Part shown: positions 1 to 8,634 of the stretch, piece after piece | Layout of the letters: the number at the start of each line of letters is the position of its first letter | How positions within the stretch are numbered: the stretch's first letter is position 1 | Assembly: GCA_904419385.1 (NCBI GenBank) | Contig: CAJFRI010000001.1 | Span: 5,098 to 69,097, forward strand | Length of the DNA: 64,000 nt | Reading direction: 5' to 3' | DNA from: Candidatus Heteroscillospira lomanii | GTDB taxonomy: Bacteria > Bacillota > Clostridia > Oscillospirales > Oscillospiraceae | Translations under genes and position numbers: made by a program | Notes under the pieces: generated by a model | What the model was told of the DNA's origin: nothing | Databases searched by the model: none | The model's input: the letters and a program-made list of their open reading frames with translations, nothing else

Positions 1-266
1 TCACGCGCTATGAGATCGTGTTTGCGGCAAACGAGCTGCGCAGAGACATAACCGATGGCGCGCCGCTGCATTGCGAGCGCCCGATGGCGGAGTTTTCAGA
101 CCTTGCCGGCAGCGGCGAGCGGGGCGAGCTTGTCTCATCGCTCTATGCCGCCGGGCTGATAAACGGCTACGGCGACGGCACTTTCCGCCCCGACGGCACG
201 GCCACGCGCGCCGAAATATCCCAGATCATCTACAATCTGCTCGAAGTGGTTTGCCAGGACGAGTAA
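1..266 (+). CDS. SLH-domain (S-layer homology) protein, C-terminal fragment; 5' end lies outside the window
   Basis: The frame is open from nt 3 to the window edge. The C-terminus FSDLAGSGERGELVSSLYAAGLINGYGDGTFRPDGTATRAEISQIIYNLL fits the SLH repeat pattern (F.D..., G..GYGDGTFRP...TRAE). A hairpin plus T-run terminator follows. Confidence 0.7.
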   Translation, partial: TRYEIVFAANELRRDITDGAPLHCERPMAEFSDLAGSGERGELVSSLYAAGLINGYGDGTFRPDGTATRAEISQIIYNLLEVVCQDE

Positions 267-270
267 AAAG

Positions 271-297
271 AAAAGCGCCCCGCCGGGGCGCTTTTCG
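271..297 (+). terminator. Rho-independent terminator after the SLH gene
   Basis: GCGCCCC-gcc-GGGGCGC stem followed by TTTT. A-run on the left flank. Confidence 0.7.
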
Positions 298-310
298 TAT
301 TATGCGCATG

Positions 311-340
311 AAAAAAGCCCCCGCATGAGCGGGGGCTTTT
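311..340 (-). terminator. Rho-independent terminator of the rpsF-ssb-rpsR operon
   Basis: GCCCCCGC-atga-GCGGGGGC stem. The AAAAAA on the + strand gives a U-run on the minus transcript, 5 nt past the rpsR stop. Confidence 0.75.
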
Positions 341-344
341 GCTT

Positions 345-584
345 TTAGTCGGTGACGTAAGGCAGGAGGGCGATCTGGCGGGCCCTCTTTATCGCCTCGG
401 TGAGCTGGCGCTGATGATGGGCGCAGGTGCCGGTGGTGCGGCGGGGCAGGATCTTGCTGCGCTCAGACATGAAGCGGCGGAGCTTCGCGGTGTCCTTATA
501 GTCGATATGGTCGCACTTGTCTGCGCAGAACTGGCAGACTTTGCGGCGCTTATGGTTCTTGCTGCGGTCTCTATCGAAAGCCAA
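345..584 (-). CDS. rpsR: 30S ribosomal protein S18
   Basis: 79 aa. [17 protein letters not shown]...[42 protein letters not shown] is the S18 signature. Gene order is rpsF-ssb-rpsR. Confidence 0.97.
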   Translation of the reverse strand: MAFDRDRSKNHKRRKVCQFCADKCDHIDYKDTAKLRRFMSERSKILPRRTTGTCAHHQRQLTEAIKRARQIALLPYVTD

Positions 585-617
585 GGCTGGTTCCTCCTTT
601 ATCAGAATGTCAAATGA

Positions 618-1097
618 TCAGAACGGCAGGTCGCCGTCGCCGCCGTCGAGCTCCGAGAAAGCGGAGCCGCCGGGCTGATAGCCGAAATTCTGGCCGCCGG
701 CCGGGGCGGAAGCGCGCGGCTCGGGGCGGGAATAGGCCGGCTGATAGCCGTCGCCCGCGGCGGGGGCGCTGTCACGCTTGGAGTCGCCGAAATACACGTT
801 GTCGGCGACGACCTCGGCGCTGCGGCGCTTGTTGCCGTCTTTGTCGGTCCAGTCGCGCATCTGAAGGCGGCCGGACACTATGGCCATGCGGCCTTTGGAG
901 AAGTATTTCGAGACGAACTCGCCCGTCTGGCGCCACGCGACGATGTCGATGAAATCGGTCTGCCGCTCGCCGCCGTCACGCGAGCCGAAGTCGCGCTCGA
1001 CAGCGAGGGAGAACGAGGCCACCGGCGTGCCCGACTGGGTGTAGCGCAGCTCGGGGTCGCGGGTGAGACGTCCCATAAGGGTGATGTGGTTGAGCAT
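618..1097 (-). CDS. ssb: single-stranded DNA-binding protein
   Basis: OB-fold N-terminus MLNHITLMGRLTRDPELRYTQSGTPVASFSLAV, a Gly/Pro/Gln-rich linker, and the acidic tail DGDLPF. Confidence 0.95.
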   Translation of the reverse strand: MLNHITLMGRLTRDPELRYTQSGTPVASFSLAVERDFGSRDGGERQTDFIDIVAWRQTGEFVSKYFSKGRMAIVSGRLQMRDWTDKDGNKRRSAEVVADNVYFGDSKRDSAPAAGDGYQPAYSRPEPRASAPAGGQNFGYQPGGSAFSELDGGDGDLPF

Positions 1098-1109
1098 GCG
1101 GCCCTCCCC

Positions 1110-1406
1110 TTACTCGGCCCTCATGGTGATGAGGGAGCGCATGACGCCGTCGGTGATGCCGAGGATACGGTCGAGCTCGGCGGGGAAGGACGGAACGCTG
1201 GTGAACTTGACGAGGACGTAGTAACCCTCGGACATGTCGTTGATCTCGTAAGCGAGCTTGCGCTTACCCATCTCCTCCATCTCATCGAGAGTTCCGTGCT
1301 CCTCGACAAGCGCCTTGAACTTTTCGACGATAGCTGCGGTATCTTCCTCACTGAGAGTGGGGTCGATGATATACATCAGCTCGTACTTTTCGCTTGTTTT
1401 TGCCAT
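1110..1406 (-). CDS. rpsF: 30S ribosomal protein S6
   Basis: The ORF-track start was trimmed to ATG 1406 (MAKTSEKYELMYIIDP...), which has AAGGAGG upstream. S6-like sequence throughout. Confidence 0.95.
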   Translation of the reverse strand: MAKTSEKYELMYIIDPTLSEEDTAAIVEKFKALVEEHGTLDEMEEMGKRKLAYEINDMSEGYYVLVKFTSVPSFPAELDRILGITDGVMRSLITMRAE

Positions 1407-1512
1407 TTTTGAGCACCTCCTTTTGGACTTAGTGGCCCCCGCCCTCGGCGGGAGCAAGGATGCCCGTCACTGACAGGCCTAACTATTATACCTGTTTTTC
1501 GCGAAATGTCAA
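1407..1512 (-). promoter_or_regulatory. rpsF promoter plus roughly 70-nt structured 5' leader
   Basis: The minus strand reads TTGACA (1512-1507), a 16-nt spacer, then TATAAT (1490-1485). The leader contains the hairpin CCCGCC-gag-GGCGGG before the SD. Confidence 0.55.
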
Positions 1513-1518
1513 GTATTT

Positions 1519-2313
1519 TCAGCCGTTTCTGCTCCTGGGTATGCTTATGGTGAGCACGAGGCCGTCCGGCGTGTCCTCGCGGCGCACTCGCGCGGCTATG
1601 CCCCCGCGCTGCATGAGCTCGAGCGAGCGGTCGAGGCTGTTGAGGAACACGCGCACGTCCTTGAGTATGAAGGTCGCCCGCCGGCGCGAGCGCTGCTTTT
1701 CGGCGAGCAGGCGGTCGATATAGCTCTCCGCGGCGGCGACGTTGAGATGGCGCGAGGCTATGTAGTCGAAGGCCTCCATCTGGCTGTCGCGGTCGGGCAG
1801 GCGCAGGAGGGCGCGGGCGTGGCGCTCGGTGAGCCCGGCGCGGCGCAGGCCCTCGAGCAGCTCCTGCGGGAGCTTGAGTATGCGCAGCTTGTTGGCAATG
1901 GCCGAGGGCGATTTGCCGAGTTTTTTGGCCGCCTCATCGCGCGAGAGGCCGAATATGCGCGTGAGACGGCTTATGCCCTCGGCCTCCTCGATGAAGTCGA
2001 GGTCGCGGCGCTGCAGGTTTTCCACCAGCGCGAGCAGGCTCGACTCCTCGGTGCTCACGTCGACGAGTATGCACGGGACCGACTGCAGCCCCGCCATCTT
2101 CGCCGCGCGCAGGCGGCGCTCGCCGGCCACGAGCTCATATCGCCCCCGCCGCTCGCGCACGGTGAGCGGCTGGAGTATGCCGTGTTCGGCAATGCTGTCG
2201 GCAAGCTCGCGCAGGGCCTCCTGATCAAAGCAGCGGCGCGGCTGGACGGGGTTCGGCAGGATCTCATCTGCCGGCAGGTATACGAGCCGGCGGTCGGCGG
2301 CGGTCGCGGGCAT
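1519..2313 (-). CDS. ParB/Noc-like DNA-binding protein; orphan ParB paralogue with no adjacent ParA
   Basis: ParB box GILQPLTVRE..RYELVAGERRLRAAKMAGL, an HTH region, and a C-terminal FILKDVRVFLNSLDRSLELM as in Noc-type paralogues. Start trimmed to ATG 2313, which has AAGGAG 7 nt upstream. Confidence 0.85.
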   Translation of the reverse strand: MPATAADRRLVYLPADEILPNPVQPRRCFDQEALRELADSIAEHGILQPLTVRERRGRYELVAGERRLRAAKMAGLQSVPCILVDVSTEESSLLALVENLQRRDLDFIEEAEGISRLTRIFGLSRDEAAKKLGKSPSAIANKLRILKLPQELLEGLRRAGLTERHARALLRLPDRDSQMEAFDYIASRHLNVAAAESYIDRLLAEKQRSRRRATFILKDVRVFLNSLDRSLELMQRGGIAARVRREDTPDGLVLTISIPRSRNG

Positions 2314-2412
2314 TTTGCCATCTCCTTTTGGTGGTGTGTGAGACAATTCTAGGCTTGTCCCCGCGAAAATCGGCGCGAAAACGGTGCGCGGAGAAAATTT
2401 TTCCTGCCGGTG

Positions 2413-2440
2413 TTGACATCACGGCGGTATATGCTATAAT
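2413..2440 (+). promoter_or_regulatory. sigma-A-type promoter for the GPP34-like gene
   Basis: TTGACA (2413-2418), 16-nt spacer, TGcTATAAT (extended -10, 2432-2440). Confidence 0.55.
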
Positions 2441-2485
2441 TCGCCCTGGACGGCATTGCCGCACAAAGCGAAAAGGAGGCACGCC

Positions 2486-3148
2486 ATGAACGACCTGTCC
2501 ATTATCCAGGAGTATATGCTCTGTGCCGTGAGCGACAAGGGCACGATCTCCGGCGCGGGCACGGAAAAACTGCTCGGCTTCGTCGCCGCCGGCATATTCG
2601 AGCTCCAGCTGGCCGGGTGTGTTGCAATCGACGGGGAGGCGGTAGAGACTTCGGGCGAGCTGCCGGAGAAGCTCGGGTATCTCAGGCCGATGTTCGACTT
2701 CATCGCCCTCAAGCAGCCGATAGAGCTCGACGCCGTGGTCGACGCATACAACATGTCGATAACCGGCAAGCGCTTTGCCGAGCTCAAGGCGTCGGTCGGC
2801 ATGTCGCTGGTGGAGAAAGGTCTGGCGTCGGAGCGCAGGACCGGCCTGCTCGGCGGGATGGGATATGTCCCCGAGCGCGAGGCCGTGCTCGCCGTGGCCG
2901 GCAGGCTGCGCGCGGAGCTGCTGGGCGGCGGCGATGTGAGCGCGAACGACGCGGTGCTCGTCATCCTGCTCGACAGGGCCGGGTGCCTCAAGAGATATTT
3001 CTCGGCTTTCGAGTGCCACGACATCAGGAAAAAGCTCTATGAGCTCTCGCGCTCGGACAGCGCCGTGATGGTGAGGAGCATGATCGCCCACCTGGAGAGC
3101 CTGCTCGCCTCCATCTCCATATCCGCCATTTTCACCGCGTCGATGTGA
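2486..3148 (+). CDS. GPP34/GOLPH3-family protein (bacterial homologue of Golgi phosphoprotein 3), function unknown
   Basis: Start at ATG 2486 after AAAGGAGG. It follows the pattern I recall for the GPP34 family: IQEYMLCAVSDKG..., a helix AAGIFELQLAGCVAID, then ...LVEKGL....GLLG...Y.P. Recognition is from memory only. Confidence 0.6.
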   Translation: MNDLSIIQEYMLCAVSDKGTISGAGTEKLLGFVAAGIFELQLAGCVAIDGEAVETSGELPEKLGYLRPMFDFIALKQPIELDAVVDAYNMSITGKRFAELKASVGMSLVEKGLASERRTGLLGGMGYVPEREAVLAVAGRLRAELLGGGDVSANDAVLVILLDRAGCLKRYFSAFECHDIRKKLYELSRSDSAVMVRSMIAHLESLLASISISAIFTASM

Positions 3149-3193
3149 CGCCGGGCAAAATAAGAACAGGGACAGCTTCGGCTGTCCCTGTTT

Positions 3194-3886
3194 TCATTTA
3201 AGCAGCCCCTCTATCTCCGCGTGGCTGCGCACGGTGTATGTCGGGCGAAAGCCCGCCTCCGGCGCAAAGCCGCGCCCTTCGGGGTCGAAGAAGCAGGTGT
3301 CTATGCCGCAGCTGTGCCCGAGCGCCATGTCCGTCGTGGGCGAGTCGCCGATGATGAGCGCAGCTGCCGGATCAAAACCAGGTATACGCGCCGCGGCGTA
3401 GTCCATGAACTCCGGCTGCGGCTTTTGAAATCCGGTCTCCTCCGAGATGAACACGCGCTCGAAAAATTCCCACAGGCCCGAATTTTTGAGCCGGCGCGTC
3501 TGCGAGCGCATGACGCCGTTCGTGATGATGAACATGCGGTACCGCCCGTGCAGCGCGCCGATGAGGCCGGCCGCGCCGTCGAGCAGCATGCCGCCCTCGG
3601 CGAGGCGCTCGCGGTAGAAATCCTCGGCCTCGCGGCCGGAGCACTCGACGCCGTAGAGCGCGAAAAACTCGACAAAGCGCCGCTCCAGCGCCTCGGCGCA
3701 CGCGATCTCGCGCGAGTCTATCATATCCCAGTAGCGGCGGTTGAGCTGTGAGTACGCGGCGACTTTCCCGCTGTCGGGCTCGAGGCCGAAGCGCCTCATG
3801 GTGAGCGATATGGCCCGCGCCTCGCAGGCGGAGTAGTCGAGCAGGGTGCCGTCGGCGTCGAAGAGCAGGAATTCGTATTTTTTCAT
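3194..3886 (-). CDS. HAD-superfamily hydrolase, YjjG-type nucleotidase-like
   Basis: HAD motif I FDADGTLLD, motif II ITNG, motif IV GDSPTTD. The ORF-track N-terminal extension was trimmed to MKKYEFLLFDADGT (ATG 3886). Confidence 0.85.
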   Translation of the reverse strand: MKKYEFLLFDADGTLLDYSACEARAISLTMRRFGLEPDSGKVAAYSQLNRRYWDMIDSREIACAEALERRFVEFFALYGVECSGREAEDFYRERLAEGGMLLDGAAGLIGALHGRYRMFIITNGVMRSQTRRLKNSGLWEFFERVFISEETGFQKPQPEFMDYAAARIPGFDPAAALIIGDSPTTDMALGHSCGIDTCFFDPEGRGFAPEAGFRPTYTVRSHAEIEGLLK

Positions 3887-4350
3887 CTTATCCTCTCCCC
3901 GTCCAGCTCGGCGCAGACGAGCGCCTCGCCCCTGTATACGAGTTTGAGCGAGAAAAAGGGCCTGTCCGTGTCGAGCAGGCGCAGGAATATCGCGTCGCCC
4001 TCCCACATGGGCAGTTCCATGAGCCTTGCCTTCGGTATCCACTCGAGCACGCCCTCGGAGCACTCGCGCGGCTCCCCGGAGAACTCCGAGCAGGTGAACA
4101 GGTGCATATACTCCGTCTCCCACTCGTCGGACACGAAGGTGACGATGCCGCGGAAGCGCAGCCCGCCGAGCCGCAGCCCCGTCTCCTCCATCGCCTCGCG
4201 GCGGATGCACTCGTGCGGGCTCTCGCCGGGCTCGAATTTGCCGCCTATGCCTATCCACTTGTCGTGATTGCAGTCGTTTTCCTTGAGCACGCGGTGCATC
4301 ATCAGATATTCGCCGCCGCGCTCGATGTAGCACAAAGTCGTGAGTTTCAT
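3883..4350 (-). CDS. NUDIX hydrolase (MutT-like)
   Basis: Nudix box GGKFEPGESPHECIRREAMEETG. Start MKLTTLCYIE at 4350. A 4-nt overlap with the downstream HAD gene suggests translational coupling. Confidence 0.85.
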   Translation of the reverse strand: MKLTTLCYIERGGEYLMMHRVLKENDCNHDKWIGIGGKFEPGESPHECIRREAMEETGLRLGGLRFRGIVTFVSDEWETEYMHLFTCSEFSGEPRECSEGVLEWIPKARLMELPMWEGDAIFLRLLDTDRPFFSLKLVYRGEALVCAELDGERIR

Positions 4351-4409
4351 GGCGCCCCCCGGGACCGAAAAGGCCGGACTCATGTCCGGCCCTTTCGGCA
4401 TATGCTGGT

Positions 4410-5615
4410 TTATTTGAAGAACTTGTTGTGTATGGTGCGCACGGCGAGGTCGGCGTCGTCCTCGGCGACGAGGACGGAGACCTTTATCTCGCTGGTGGAG
4501 ATCATCTGTATGTTGATGCTCGCCTCATACAGCGCCTCGAACATGAGGGTCGCGATGCCGGAGGAGGTCATCATGCCGGCGCCGACTATGCTCACCTTGG
4601 AGACATGGTTGTCGACGCTCACATGCTCGAACCCGATGGAGTCCTTCGCCTGCTCGAGGGCGGCGACGGCGGCGTCGCTGTCGTTCTCGGTGACAGTGAA
4701 GCTGATGTCGTTGGTGTGGTTCTTGCCCAGCGACTGGAGGATGATGTCGACGCTGATGTGCGCGTTCGACAGCGCACGGAATACTTTGAATGCGGCGCCG
4801 GGCTCGTCGGGTACTCCGACCACCGCTATGCGGGCGACGTTGTTGTCTTTTGCGATACCGCTTATCTTCATCTGTTCCACGTTTTTTGCGACCTCCTTAA
4901 CTTTTGTGCCGGGCTTCCTCACATAGCTCGAGAGCACCTCGAGCTCTATGGAATATTTCTTGGCCATCATGACGGAGCGGTTGTGCAGCACCTGGGCGCC
5001 GAGGCTCGCGAGCTCGAGCATCTCGTCGTAGGTGATCTCGTCGAGCTTCACGGCGCCCTCGACCTTGCGCGGGTCGGCGGTGTAGACGCCCTCGACGTCG
5101 GTGTATATCTGGCATTTGTCGGCGCGCAGGACCGCGGCCACCGCAACGGCGGAGGTGTCGGACCCGCCGCGGCCGAGCGTCGTGATGTCGTCGTATTTGT
5201 TTATGCCCTGGAAGCCGGCTATGAGCACTATGCGGCGCTTGTCGAGCTCGCTGCGCACGCGCTCGGCCGTGACTTCGAGTATACGGGCGTTGCCGTAATC
5301 GGAGTTGGTCTTGAACCCGGCCTGCCAGCCGGTGAGCGACACGGCGGGCAGCCCCATGCTCTCGAGCGCCATGGCCATGAGCGAGATGGATATCTGCTCG
5401 CCGGTGGCGAGGAGCATGTCGAGCTCGCGCTTCGATGGGTTGCGGTTTATCTCGGCGGCCTTGGCGAGCAGGTCGTCGGTGGTGTCGCCCTGGGCCGAGA
5501 GGACGACGACCACGTCGTTCCCCTCAAGGTATGTGTCGGCTATCACTCCGGCGACGCGCTTGATCTTGGCTGCGTCGGCGACGGAGCTGCCGCCGAATTT
5601 CTGAACTATCAGCAT
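4410..5615 (-). CDS. lysC: aspartate kinase
   Basis: MLIVQKFGGSSV...VVVVLSAQGDTTD, GGSDTSAVAVAA, and two C-terminal ACT-like regions. Start at 5615 with GGAGGG upstream. Confidence 0.93.
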   Translation of the reverse strand: MLIVQKFGGSSVADAAKIKRVAGVIADTYLEGNDVVVVLSAQGDTTDDLLAKAAEINRNPSKRELDMLLATGEQISISLMAMALESMGLPAVSLTGWQAGFKTNSDYGNARILEVTAERVRSELDKRRIVLIAGFQGINKYDDITTLGRGGSDTSAVAVAAVLRADKCQIYTDVEGVYTADPRKVEGAVKLDEITYDEMLELASLGAQVLHNRSVMMAKKYSIELEVLSSYVRKPGTKVKEVAKNVEQMKISGIAKDNNVARIAVVGVPDEPGAAFKVFRALSNAHISVDIILQSLGKNHTNDISFTVTENDSDAAVAALEQAKDSIGFEHVSVDNHVSKVSIVGAGMMTSSGIATLMFEALYEASINIQMISTSEIKVSVLVAEDDADLAVRTIHNKFFK

Positions 5616-5700
5616 AGGTGAGATCCCTCCAAAAGTCTCCTGCGCTCGCGCGCAGAGGGTTGCCATATCGTTACATTATAATCCCGTGAGCGCGGCCGCG

Positions 5701-6912
5701 TCAATCCAATATGCGGTAGTGCGACAGGACTTCCATGTTGGCGAGGCTGTCGTGCAGGTGGCGGTGGGTCATCGGGGCGGTCACGAACGCATATTCGTCG
5801 AGCGGGGCGCCGCGCCTCGTGACGAAGCGGACGTTGCCGAGCTCCGTGCCTATGGCCGTGAGGCTCGCGCGCACGCGGACGTACCACGGCATGACGAGGT
5901 CGTCGGCGTCGGTGACGTAGCCGGGCATGGGCTCATCCCAGCCGAGGAACTTGCGCGCCTTGAGGTGCTTTGCCGCGTCGATGACGTCGGCCACGACGGC
6001 GCTGGCCGTCGGGCGCTTGCCGGCGCCGGCGCCGTAGAACATGGCCTCGCCTATGGCGTTGCCGTGCACGACTATGCCGTTCATGACTCCGTCGACATTG
6101 GAGAGCAGGCTGGAGTTTTTGATGAGATGGGGCGCGACGTAGGCCGTGATGTGGCCGTCGCCGGTGCGCAGGGCGCGGCCGAGCAGTTTGATCTTGTAGC
6201 CGAGCGACCTCGCATATGCCACGTCGGCGAGGTCGACCCCGCGTATGCCTCGGGTCTTGACGTCATGCGGGTCGATGTGGCGGCCGAAGCAGAGGTCGGC
6301 GAGTATGCAGATCTTGCGGCAGGCGTCGATGCCGTCGATGTCGGCGGTGGGGTCGAGCTCGGCATAGCCCTTCTCCTGGGCCTGGCGGAGCGCCGTGTCG
6401 AAGCTGGTGCCGCATTGTATCATCTCTGTGAGAATATAATTGGTCGTGCCGTTGAGTATGCCGTAGATCTCGTCGATCTCGTTCGCGGCGAGGCACTGGG
6501 TTATCGGGCGGATGATGGGTATGCCGCCGCCGACGCTGGCCTCGAAGAGATAGTTGGCGTTTTTCTCCTTGGCTATGGCGAGCAGCTCCTGCCCATGCGT
6601 GGCGACGAGCTCCTTGTTTGCGGTGACGACGCTCTTGCCGGCGAGCAGGCAGCGCTTTGTGTAGTCGTAGGCGACTGTCGCCCCGCCTATGACCTCGACG
6701 ACTATCCTTATCTCGGGGTCCTGCTCGATGAGCGAGAAATCGTGTATCACGAGATGGGCGTAGGGGCTGTCGGCGTGGCTGCTGCGGGCGAGGATGTATT
6801 TGACCTCGATCTCGTCGGCCGCGTTGTGCGCGATGCTCACGCGGTTTTCGTGCATGACCTCGACGACTCCGCTGCCGACCGTGCCGAACCCAAGAACAGC
6901 TATCTTTATCAT
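5701..6912 (-). CDS. hom: homoserine dehydrogenase
   Basis: MIKIAVLGFGTVGSGV NAD(P) fold, TANKELVA, GILNGTTNYILT, and a C-terminal ACT-like region. Confidence 0.93.
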   Translation of the reverse strand: MIKIAVLGFGTVGSGVVEVMHENRVSIAHNAADEIEVKYILARSSHADSPYAHLVIHDFSLIEQDPEIRIVVEVIGGATVAYDYTKRCLLAGKSVVTANKELVATHGQELLAIAKEKNANYLFEASVGGGIPIIRPITQCLAANEIDEIYGILNGTTNYILTEMIQCGTSFDTALRQAQEKGYAELDPTADIDGIDACRKICILADLCFGRHIDPHDVKTRGIRGVDLADVAYARSLGYKIKLLGRALRTGDGHITAYVAPHLIKNSSLLSNVDGVMNGIVVHGNAIGEAMFYGAGAGKRPTASAVVADVIDAAKHLKARKFLGWDEPMPGYVTDADDLVMPWYVRVRASLTAIGTELGNVRFVTRRGAPLDEYAFVTAPMTHRHLHDSLANMEVLSHYRILD

Positions 6913-6934
6913 TTTGTCTCCTCCCTGTTATGTG

Positions 6935-7381
6935 TCATCCCGCGAGTATCTCCGTCTTTATGACGCCGGCCGTGTGCTCGATGCGGTCTTTCAGCTCCTC
7001 GAGCCCCATTGCCATGCCGGCCGTCTCGGCCGAGATGGTGACCGACGCGGTCGAGTTTATCGGGATGTTTTGATTTATCGTCAGTATATTGGCGCCGGAG
7101 CCGGAAAAGATATTCAGGACCGACGAGAGCACGCCCATGCGGTCTTTGAGCATCATGTGGAAGGTGATGATCTGCCCGTGCTTCATGTCGGTGAACGGCG
7201 CGATGGAATCTTTATACTTATAAAAAGCGCTGCGGCTGATGCCGACGCGCGACACCGCCTCGGCCACGGTCTGGCACTCGCCTGTCTCGAGCAGGGCGCG
7301 CGCCTCGGTGACCTTTATGAATATCTCCGGCAGCATGTCGCGCTCGACGAGGTAGTATTTGGTCTTCTTGTTGTCAGACAT
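6935..7381 (-). CDS. ACT-domain protein (UPF0735/PheB-like), first gene of the hom-lysC operon
   Basis: N-terminal HTH-like YYLVERDMLPEIFIKVTEA... followed by an ACT domain ITFHMMLKDRMGVLSSVLNIF. The start could be 7381 or 7396. Confidence 0.75.
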   Translation of the reverse strand: MSDNKKTKYYLVERDMLPEIFIKVTEARALLETGECQTVAEAVSRVGISRSAFYKYKDSIAPFTDMKHGQIITFHMMLKDRMGVLSSVLNIFSGSGANILTINQNIPINSTASVTISAETAGMAMGLEELKDRIEHTAGVIKTEILAG

Positions 7382-7479
7382 GTCGGTGTCCCCCACAGGT
7401 GGTCGTTTGTCTTTGAGTGATATAATAGTAACACATACTTTTTCTCTTTACAACTGGAATTTGCACTGAAATTCGCGCT

Positions 7480-8553
7480 TTGGTGGTGAGTTTATTGTAT
7501 ACTAGGCCAAAGACACTGCCGGGTGTGCTCGCGCTCGCCGCGGCGGTGGTGGGCGCGGGGTGGATAGCGGTGAAGTTCGTGCTGCCGGCGGCGGCGCCGT
7601 TTGCCGCCGCGCTGGCCATAGCGGCCGTGATGGAGCCGGCGGTGCGCTTTCTGTGCCGGCGCGGGCTCAAGAGGGAGGCCGCCTCGGGCGCGTGTACGCT
7701 CGCCCTGCTGGCGCTGCTCGCCGGAGGGGTGTACGCCCTGGCGACGCACGGCGCGCGCCTCGCGCGCTCGCTCGCGGCGGAGGCGCCGGAACTGCTGTCG
7801 CGCGCGAGCAGGACGGTGGAGCGGCTGCTCGAGAGGATGGAGTCGGCGGCGCCGGACGTGCCGCCCGAGCTCGAGAACTGGGCCGGCGCGGCTCTGAGTG
7901 CCCTCGCCACGTCCGTCGCCGAACTGCCCGCCTGGGCGAGCTCGCACATCGTGTCGGCGCTCAGCTCCGCGGCCGCCGGGGCGCCGGGGCTGCTTTTGTT
8001 TGCGATAAGCTGCGGCGTCGGGGTGTACTTCATCTCGGCGTCGCTGCCGGACATACAGTCCGCGCTGGACAGGCGCCTGCCGGAGAGCTGGCAGAGGCGG
8101 CGCCGGCGCCTGTGGGAGGGGCTGCGCTTCACGGTGGGGCGGTATCTGCGCGCGCAGGTCGTGATGGCGGCGATCACTTTTGCCGAGGTGCTGCCGGGGC
8201 TCTGGCTGCTCGGGGTGGAGAGGGCGGCGCTCATCTCGCTCGCCATTGCGGTCATCGACGCGCTGCCGGTGTTCGGAGCGGGGGCGGTGCTCATCCCGTG
8301 GGCGGCCGCGGCGCTGCTGCTCGGCGACACGCCGCTGGGGCTGGGGCTCCTGATCCTCTGGGGGGTAGTGACGCTCGTGCGCAACTGCGTGCAGGCCAAG
8401 CTCCTCGGCGACCAGCTCGGGCTGCACCCGCTGGTGACGCTCATGGCGATATATGCCGGCTGGCGCTTAGCCTCGGTGGCGGGCATGGTGCTCTTCCCGA
8501 TGGCGGCGCTGCTGGTGCAGCAGTGCCTGCCCGCCCTGCGCCGAGCTGATTGA
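7480..8553 (+). CDS. AI-2E family transporter (YtvI-like sporulation integral membrane protein)
   Basis: Multi-pass membrane protein with the C-terminal pattern IDALPVFGAGAVLIPWA...LGDQLGLHPLVTL typical of PerM/AI-2E. The exact start is uncertain. Confidence 0.75.
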   Translation: MVVSLLYTRPKTLPGVLALAAAVVGAGWIAVKFVLPAAAPFAAALAIAAVMEPAVRFLCRRGLKREAASGACTLALLALLAGGVYALATHGARLARSLAAEAPELLSRASRTVERLLERMESAAPDVPPELENWAGAALSALATSVAELPAWASSHIVSALSSAAAGAPGLLLFAISCGVGVYFISASLPDIQSALDRRLPESWQRRRRRLWEGLRFTVGRYLRAQVVMAAITFAEVLPGLWLLGVERAALISLAIAVIDALPVFGAGAVLIPWAAAALLLGDTPLGLGLLILWGVVTLVRNCVQAKLLGDQLGLHPLVTLMAIYAGWRLASVAGMVLFPMAALLVQQCLPALRRAD

Positions 8554-8634
8554 CAAAGCGCGCCGGTTGGATATAATTGTATAAACGGAAGTCAATGAGC
8601 CGGCGCATCCGGCACGGGTACAGTGAGGTCTGTG

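Noticed and set aside
3194-4333. ORF-track N-terminal extensions of several genes: 3194-4333, 9860-10711, 10578-11105, 25932-27566, 28848-29840, 30918-31961, 49026-50519, 50158-51243, 51248-52063 and 61261-62526.
   Set aside because: The extensions overlap the preceding, confidently identified gene and are compositionally junk-like. Internal ATG/TTG codons preceded by GGAGG-type SD sequences give proteins of canonical family length, so I trimmed the starts.
5616-5700. Hairpin (CTCTGCGC-gcga-GCGCAGGAG) between hom and lysC, considered as a lysine riboswitch or attenuator.
   Set aside because: The 85-nt gap is far too short for an L-box, which needs about 180 nt. The stem is imperfect and lacks a proper U-run. 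It is probably just an inter-cistronic structure.
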